A stretch of DNA of 64,000 bases from Nitrosopumilus sp. (GTDB lineage: Archaea; Thermoproteota; Nitrososphaeria; Nitrososphaerales; Nitrosopumilaceae). The DNA is taken from NCBI GenBank assembly GCA_963662625.1, contig OY759726.1, positions 1,216,001-1,280,000 on the forward strand, read 5' to 3'. A model generated the notes under the pieces. That model worked only from the letters and a program-made list of their open reading frames with translations. It made no database searches and had not been told where the DNA came from. Position 1 is the stretch's first letter, and each line of letters begins with the position of its first letter. The translations under genes and the position numbers were made by a program. Below, one piece after another: positions 58,773-64,000 of this stretch.

Positions 58773-58919
58773 TTAGGTGGCCATATGCCGGTCGTAGTCT
58801 ATCGCGTTTCGGTAGGGCGGGGAGGTCACAGTCAACGCGACGGAGCCCGGCCTGACGTGCCTGTCCAGCTCCCGCGCGTCGGCCTGCATGATCACGTTCT
58901 CGCGGTATTTTTGCGCCAA
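58773..58919 (-). pseudogene. Truncated 5' fragment of a paralogous SPPY DNA methyltransferase
   Basis: Not in ORF track; LAQKYRENVIMQADARELDRHVRPGSVALTVTSPPYRNAIDYDRHMAT* aligns with the N-terminus of 57204..58580. Confidence 0.85.
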
Positions 58920-59304
58920 CACACACTACTCGATGCCAAGTATTCAAAAACCTTCCCAGGCAGCAGGCAGGCAAAATGATCGCGCGGCGGCCGGGGGCAG
59001 GCCCGCCGGGATGCCTGCAACGTGCCGCACCGCGACGGCGCCGGCAGATCTGCGGGGAAGGCGCCGTGCGCGTGCGGCGGTTCCCATCAGTTTTAAAACG
59101 GGCAGGGACAACACCCGTGGGCCGCAATGAAGAATCAGAGTTATATCTGAACGAATGATGTGAAGGCATTTGTCTGAGCTGCCTAAACCAGGCCCGGCAC
59201 CCGTCGGCCGCCTTTCCGGCCCTGCCGCCGGCCGCACGGCCCCTTTCGGCGACCTGGGCCGCGCTCGCCTTCGGGCTTAAATAACGGCCGCTGTGACGTG
59301 CTGT

Positions 59305-59457
59305 ATGAACTGCAACCGCTGCCACCACACGGACGAGGCGCACGTGCCAGAAGAGGGCAGCAGGTCGCTGGTAAAACTCGGCCAGTGCAAGGTCACGTAC
59401 TGCACGTGCAGGCAGTACGTGGAGCCGATCCGGGAAATCGACGAAGACCTTATGTGA
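59305..59457 (+). CDS. 50-aa Cys/His-rich (putative zinc-binding) microprotein
   Basis: Not in ORF track; MNCNRCHHTDEAH...CKVTYCTC; TTAAATA about 25 nt upstream. Confidence 0.75.
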   Translation: MNCNRCHHTDEAHVPEEGSRSLVKLGQCKVTYCTCRQYVEPIREIDEDLM

Positions 59458-59481
59458 CCCCCCCCGGGGGGGGGGCGGGCC

Positions 59482-60818
59482 CAGTAGATCGAAATGTACT
59501 AGCCGCCAGACGACTGGTTGGGCCACGCCCGGCAGCCATCCGTCCCGCCCGCAGCCATCCCCACCATGCACTCCAGCATGACCGCCAGCCGGATCGAGGC
59601 GGTGTCGCGGCTCCCGTACCACCCGGCGGACCATTCCACCGACATCATCCACAGGTTGTACATCACCAGCGCCATGAAGAACAGGAACGTCCTGACCGAG
59701 GCGTCCGGGCTGGTGGTCCTGGGCCTGGCCTTCTCGGCGTCCCTGTACCCGGTCTCTATCCCCCACCTCTTCCGGTACTCGTCAGGGACGTCGGCGGCGC
59801 GCACCGCCCTGCCGGCGTCCGCGTTGGTGGCGTACGCCAGGTACCTCTCCTGCGCGTCCCCCGAGTCCCACCCGTCCTCGCCCTCCTTCTTCGGGACTAT
59901 CACCAGGGTGAACGGCTCGCTGGCCTTCCTGTCCTGGGGCGTCAGGGCGTGCGGGGACACCGCGGCCCTCTCCCCGCGGGCGTGCTCCCCCACGGCCCTC
60001 TTTATCCCGGCAGTCCGCGACGCGGGCATGATGAACCTGTGGCCCGACCCGGACAGCTCCCCGACGACCCCTGCCGAGAAGAATCCCCGGCCCGGCAGGA
60101 CCAGCCTGGGGCGGACGCCCACGCCAGCGCAGTCACGCAGCAGCTCGCGCACGATTCCGGCCCCCGTGCTCCCCCCCTTGGGCCTGCACGCCAGGTTCAG
60201 CCCCGGCCCGTCCACCATCTGGGCGGTGGCGTACCCCCCGGAGCGCGACGTCCCGGACCTGTGCCTCGCGCGCACCAGCTGCTCCTCCCTGGTCGCGGGA
60301 TCCCTGTCGTACCTGGGTATCAGGTGGTAGTCCAGGGCCACGACGCAGCGGATCCGCCTGAGGATCCTCGACCGCCCGGCATCCCGCACGGTGGATGCGA
60401 GGGCGCCGGCGCACCGCTCCCGCATGGCGTCCGGTTCGGGGCACGCCCCCCGTATCCTGGAGAGCACCCACGCCGACGACGGCACGCGGCGGGGCCCGTG
60501 GCGCACGGCGAGCGTCCCGGTGGCGCCAGACGCGCACGCGCGGTCCCTGCACATGGACACCAGAACGCGCACGAAGTCGGCCATGCCGTACACGGCGTTG
60601 TGCCGGCCCGAGAACCCGATGCCCGCCCTCTCCAGCAGCCCGGGCAACATTTTAAACGCCTTGCCGGCCACCCTGAGTCGGTGCCCCTGCGGTTCGTTTT
60701 GGTTGTACATGACGGATGACAGGGGCGCCTGATCCATTGGTTTTTCTGTCCAAAACGTTCCAGTGCCAGGTCAATACATGCTGGCCAACGCCCCACAGGG
60801 GTACATTTCGATCTACTG
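59482..60818 (-). mobile_element. ISH3-like (IS4 superfamily) insertion sequence
   Basis: Perfect 18-bp TIR CAGTAGATCGAAATGTAC and 5-bp target duplication GGGCC (59477-59481, 60819-60823). Confidence 0.92.
59499..60737 (-). CDS. ISH3/IS4-type DDE transposase, probably inactive
   Basis: ALDYHLIPRY, YRKRWGIETGYR; expected LLDRGF reads LPGRGF. Confidence 0.85.
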   Translation of the reverse strand: MDQAPLSSVMYNQNEPQGHRLRVAGKAFKMLPGLLERAGIGFSGRHNAVYGMADFVRVLVSMCRDRACASGATGTLAVRHGPRRVPSSAWVLSRIRGACPEPDAMRERCAGALASTVRDAGRSRILRRIRCVVALDYHLIPRYDRDPATREEQLVRARHRSGTSRSGGYATAQMVDGPGLNLACRPKGGSTGAGIVRELLRDCAGVGVRPRLVLPGRGFFSAGVVGELSGSGHRFIMPASRTAGIKRAVGEHARGERAAVSPHALTPQDRKASEPFTLVIVPKKEGEDGWDSGDAQERYLAYATNADAGRAVRAADVPDEYRKRWGIETGYRDAEKARPRTTSPDASVRTFLFFMALVMYNLWMMSVEWSAGWYGSRDTASIRLAVMLECMVGMAAGGTDGCRAWPNQSSGG

Positions 60819-60865
60819 GGGCCGCAGCCACAACCCATATAGCAAAAACAATCCTGGCACATAGC

Positions 60866-61099
60866 ATGGAAAAACACAAACCATCAGAAGAAATGCTGAG
60901 GGACCTGGACAACCTGCTGTCCAAAATCAACGCGATGGAAATCGTCGCAAAGGACGAGTTCCAGAGGGCGACGGTACAGGCGCTGCGGGCGCTGGTGCAC
61001 GGGCAGATGCACTCGGTAAGGGAGTTTGACCACCTGAAAAAGGCGATCGACCTGCTGACGGTGGAACTGTTCGGCGTCAAGGACAAGGTCAGGGGTTGA
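60866..61099 (+). CDS. Small helical hypothetical protein (77 aa)
   Basis: Clean ORF from ATG 60866 with host-like codon usage. Confidence 0.7.
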   Translation: MEKHKPSEEMLRDLDNLLSKINAMEIVAKDEFQRATVQALRALVHGQMHSVREFDHLKKAIDLLTVELFGVKDKVRG

Positions 61100-61751
61100 G
61101 CCGCGTGTCGCTGATCCCGCACCCGGAACAGCGTATCACGGTCGTCTTTTCAAGCACCCGCTCGACCTCCATCTCGGATCCACAGCACGGGCAGTGGACC
61201 TTCGGCCCGGGCGGCTCCGCCTCCTTCGGCCCGGGCGGCTCCGCCTCCTTCGGCCCGGGCGGCTCCGCCTCCTTCGGCCCGGGCGGCTCCGCCTCCTTCG
61301 GCCCGGGCGGCTCCGCCTCCTTCGGCCCGGGCGGCTCCGCCTCCTTCGGCCCGGGCGGCTCCGCCTCCTTCGGCCCGGGCGGCTCCGCCTCCTTCGAGCC
61401 CACCCTGTACGGTGGGGCCGCCGGGGACTCCTCGTCATTGCACGCGGGCTTGTAGTGCGCGATGATCTTCCTGGTGACGCGAGCCCGCTGTTCCCCGGTC
61501 GACTCGAACAGTGGCAGAATCGCGAGGTACAGCGACTTCTCCGATCCCGCCTGGCTTGCCCAGCACTTGAAGGCCGGGTTGCCCACGAAGAACGCCTTCT
61601 CGTCAGTCTTTTCGCAGTCCCCAGCGTACAGCATCCGGAAGGAGTCCTTGTCGCGTCCCAGGATCAGGTAGACCACCTTCTCCATGGGCGGGCCCCACTC
61701 GCCGAGGCTTACCGGCCCCAGGAACTCGTACTGCAGGATCTGGATGCTCAC
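61089..61751 (-). CDS. Hypothetical protein with Pro-rich repeat linker and C-terminal zinc ribbon
   Basis: N-terminal domain (VYLI...LYAG, possibly GIY-YIG-like), KEAEPPGP repeats, CPCCG...CSGCG. Confidence 0.8.
   Translation of the reverse strand: MSIQILQYEFLGPVSLGEWGPPMEKVVYLILGRDKDSFRMLYAGDCEKTDEKAFFVGNPAFKCWASQAGSEKSLYLAILPLFESTGEQRARVTRKIIAHYKPACNDEESPAAPPYRVGSKEAEPPGPKEAEPPGPKEAEPPGPKEAEPPGPKEAEPPGPKEAEPPGPKEAEPPGPKEAEPPGPKVHCPCCGSEMEVERVLEKTTVIRCSGCGISDTRLNP
61201..61392. repeat. Perfect 24-bp tandem repeat x8 (encodes KEAEPPGP)
   Basis: TTCGGCCCGGGCGGCTCCGCCTCC repeated eight times. Confidence 0.97.
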
Positions 61752-61870
61752 AGGTACCGTTCACCGCACTGGTTTTTCTCTTTTTCCCGTAAAACCCCGC
61801 GCGGCGGCTGGTTTGATCGCGCGGGCGGCCCTTGAAAGGATTAAATTCCCGGGCCTCGGATCTTGGGCAG

Positions 61871-62119
61871 ATGAGCGACCCTCACAACCATGCCAAGGTG
61901 GGCTACGCCATGATCGTGGTGGCCGCCAGCCTCACGGCCATCGCGCTGATCGGCCTCGCGATCGGGGACGACGTCCTTTACGCGGACCACATACAGAGGA
62001 ACAACACGGCGCACTTCAACGAGTGCAAGGCCAACGACTTCAAGACCGATGGCTGCGAAAAGTACTGGGACAGGATAAACAACGAGATCTCCGGGATTTA
62101 CGTGGATCTGGAAGGCTAG
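61871..62119 (+). CDS. Small membrane protein
   Basis: One TM helix, two Cys; ATTAAA upstream. Confidence 0.7.
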   Translation: MSDPHNHAKVGYAMIVVAASLTAIALIGLAIGDDVLYADHIQRNNTAHFNECKANDFKTDGCEKYWDRINNEISGIYVDLEG

Positions 62120-62121
62120 CC

Positions 62122-62811
62122 TCAGAACCCGTTGGCAAAGTCCTCCATCGCGTTCTGGTTGCGGGTCAGCCTGTTCATCGCGAAGAGCGCCCCGCCGACC
62201 ACCCCTGCCTGGTAGAACGTGTACAGGAACACCCCCGAGGAGGTGGGATCCGACTTTGTGAAGCTCAGGATCAGCATGGAAAAGAAGATGAACGTCCCCA
62301 GGAACGTGGTCATCCTGGCGACGACCCCCGAGTTCATGCCCACCATGCGCTTCGTGGCCGCCGCCATCAGGGTGATGCTGGAGACTATCAGGAACGTGGC
62401 GCCCCCGTTGTGCAGGATGAACGCGTTGAGCCATTCCAAGAGCCCGACCTCCAGGACCTGGATCTCGGGCATGACGCTGCCGCCGTTTATCGCAAAGTTC
62501 ACGGAGCTGAACATGCCGCCGATCACGAACAGGAACAGGAAGACCTTGACGATCGACCTCTTGACGGGGCTGCGTATCTCCGACGGCTTTACCGCCCTCT
62601 CGGTGATCCGCACCCCGTAGAGGAAGCCCACGGCCATCGCCGGGACGAACATGACGTTTATCAGGATGGTGGACTCGCGGTTGATCGCGTCAATCTGGGG
62701 GTAGAACGCCAGGAACAGGACCGCCGACAGGCAGGCCGCCGCCGCGAACAGCGCGAGGTTCAGGTACCTGTGGCCTTGCGGCTCGTGCGATTCGTCGTTC
62801 CAGCCGTACAT
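62122..62811 (-). CDS. Multi-pass membrane protein
   Basis: About six hydrophobic segments. Confidence 0.8.
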   Translation of the reverse strand: MYGWNDESHEPQGHRYLNLALFAAAACLSAVLFLAFYPQIDAINRESTILINVMFVPAMAVGFLYGVRITERAVKPSEIRSPVKRSIVKVFLFLFVIGGMFSSVNFAINGGSVMPEIQVLEVGLLEWLNAFILHNGGATFLIVSSITLMAAATKRMVGMNSGVVARMTTFLGTFIFFSMLILSFTKSDPTSSGVFLYTFYQAGVVGGALFAMNRLTRNQNAMEDFANGF

Positions 62812-62914
62812 TTTTCCGGATCGGGGAGGCCGGATTAAAGGTCAAATCAAAAAATCATTTGGTCAAATTATCAATTCTGTTTGCCTTTTTTTACGGCGGC
62901 GTGCCAGGATCCGC

Positions 62915-63124
62915 GTGAATGCGGCGGTGTCGGCGATGGCGGCGGGCGCGGCGGCCCTCGCGCTGGGGGTGGTCTTCCACCTGCAGGGCCGGGCGGTGCT
63001 GGGGCCGGAGTCCTCGTTCATGTACTCGAACCCCGACTGGACGTCTTACGGCGTCCAGATTGCCGCCTGCGGGGCGGCGGTGATCGCGGCGGGGGCGGTA
63101 CTGGCGCTTGCCAGGCGCCGCTAG
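62915..63124 (+). CDS. Small two-TM membrane protein
   Basis: Hairpin of TMs flanking HLQG..LGPESSFMYSNPDW. Confidence 0.7.
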   Translation: MNAAVSAMAAGAAALALGVVFHLQGRAVLGPESSFMYSNPDWTSYGVQIAACGAAVIAAGAVLALARRR

Positions 63125-63354
63125 TCGGCGACCCGGAGCGTGACCGTGCTACGGATCTTTTCCAGCTTCCTTATCCCGGACGCGATTATCCGGTCCATCT
63201 CGTCGGCGCTGCCGGTCTCAAACTCCGCGACGAGGTCGTAGTTCCCGTAAGTGACGATGCAGCCCTTGATCCCGGGGAACTCCATGAGCCTGGAATGCAG
63301 GGAGTGCTCCTCCCCCACCTCGCAGCTGATCAGCACGTACGTCTTCTCTGCCAT
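63121..63354 (-). CDS. Stand-alone Lrp/AsnC ligand-binding (RAM) domain protein
   Basis: YVLISCEVG, TYGNYDLV, IRSTVTL. Confidence 0.85.
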   Translation of the reverse strand: MAEKTYVLISCEVGEEHSLHSRLMEFPGIKGCIVTYGNYDLVAEFETGSADEMDRIIASGIRKLEKIRSTVTLRVAD

Positions 63355-63400
63355 GATTCCCTTGTGGGGCTCCACGGTAACTTAAACACATCCCGCCGCC

Positions 63401-64000
63401 CTAGAAGCCTGCCAGGATGGGATCCGCGGGCTTCATGATCTCGCGCAGCAGGATGGTGGCAAAGGATCCGCGCGACAGGGTGAACTCCACGGTGTCGCCT
63501 CCCGCCGCGTACCCGGTGCAGCGGATCGCGCTCTGCCTGAAGCCCCCCTCCCCGCTGACCTCCTGCATCTCCTTGATGAAAAAGTCCCCGGGTGACACCC
63601 CCTCCGACTCTAGGACCGCCGAGACGTGGCGGTGGAACCTGGTCTTCCTGTAGTAGGAATGCCCGACAAACGGCACCGCCAGGCGGCTCCCTGGCTCCCC
63701 GGCGCTCTTCCCGATCGCCCCGTCGGCGCCGAAGCACACGTCGTCCTCCCGGGGCCCGAACAGGTCCTCTCCCTGCGCGAAGGCCTCGCTGAGCGTGCGG
63801 TTGAACAGGTACGACTGGTATGCCTGCACGTAGAACCGCCTCATCTGCACGGGGATTGAGCGCAGCGCCCTCAGGGGATCGCCGTGCTCGACCATCCCCC
63901 GCAGCACGGCGCGCTCGGTGTCCATCCGGGGTGGCACCGTGCCGAGGCACCTCCTGTAGTTTGCCGCGTCCGAGAGATCCCGCCGCACCCCGGCGTCCTC
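63401..64000 (-). CDS. truD: tRNA pseudouridine(13) synthase (C-terminal part; extends beyond the window)
   Basis: FYVQAYQSYLFN and FTLSRGSFATILLREIMK. Confidence 0.92.
   Translation of the reverse strand, partial: EDAGVRRDLSDAANYRRCLGTVPPRMDTERAVLRGMVEHGDPLRALRSIPVQMRRFYVQAYQSYLFNRTLSEAFAQGEDLFGPREDDVCFGADGAIGKSAGEPGSRLAVPFVGHSYYRKTRFHRHVSAVLESEGVSPGDFFIKEMQEVSGEGGFRQSAIRCTGYAAGGDTVEFTLSRGSFATILLREIMKPADPILAGF

Noticed and set aside
61201-61392. CRISPR array
   Set aside because: No spacers; in-frame coding tandem repeat

Overview
Chromosomal segment from a GC-rich ammonia-oxidising archaeon (Nitrososphaeria/Thaumarchaeota, Nitrosopumilaceae-like; the high GC is reminiscent of sponge-associated lineages, which is inference). 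Core content: rpoB 3' end, fused rpoA, Sm protein, rpl30e-nusA-rps12-rps7; split B12-dependent metH; a sulfonate/nitrate-type ABC transporter; the LysW-dependent Arg/Lys cluster (two lysW and two lysX/argX); dph5, ribL, ribK, dnaG, an A-type Fe-S carrier; an intron-containing tRNA-Leu(CAA); the heme cluster (hemB, hemA, sirC, ahbAB, ChdC-like); sufC and truD (3' end). Accessory content: (i) a lower-GC defence island (~47.6-58.9 kb) with hicBA, a type I R-M locus carrying a PIN nuclease between hsdM and hsdS, an Mrr-like nuclease-DGQHR fusion, an SPPY DNA methyltransferase and a previously uncalled truncated paralog of that MTase; (ii) an HTH + nucleotidyltransferase pair and a chimeric S-layer-like gene inside the heme cluster; (iii) an IS481-like and an ISH3-like element. 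Both IS elements and the intergenic DNA appear to show directional A:T->G:C decay, while GATC/CATG words seem to survive. Four non-essential genes carry 1-nt frameshifts. All family assignments are from motif recognition, not database searches.
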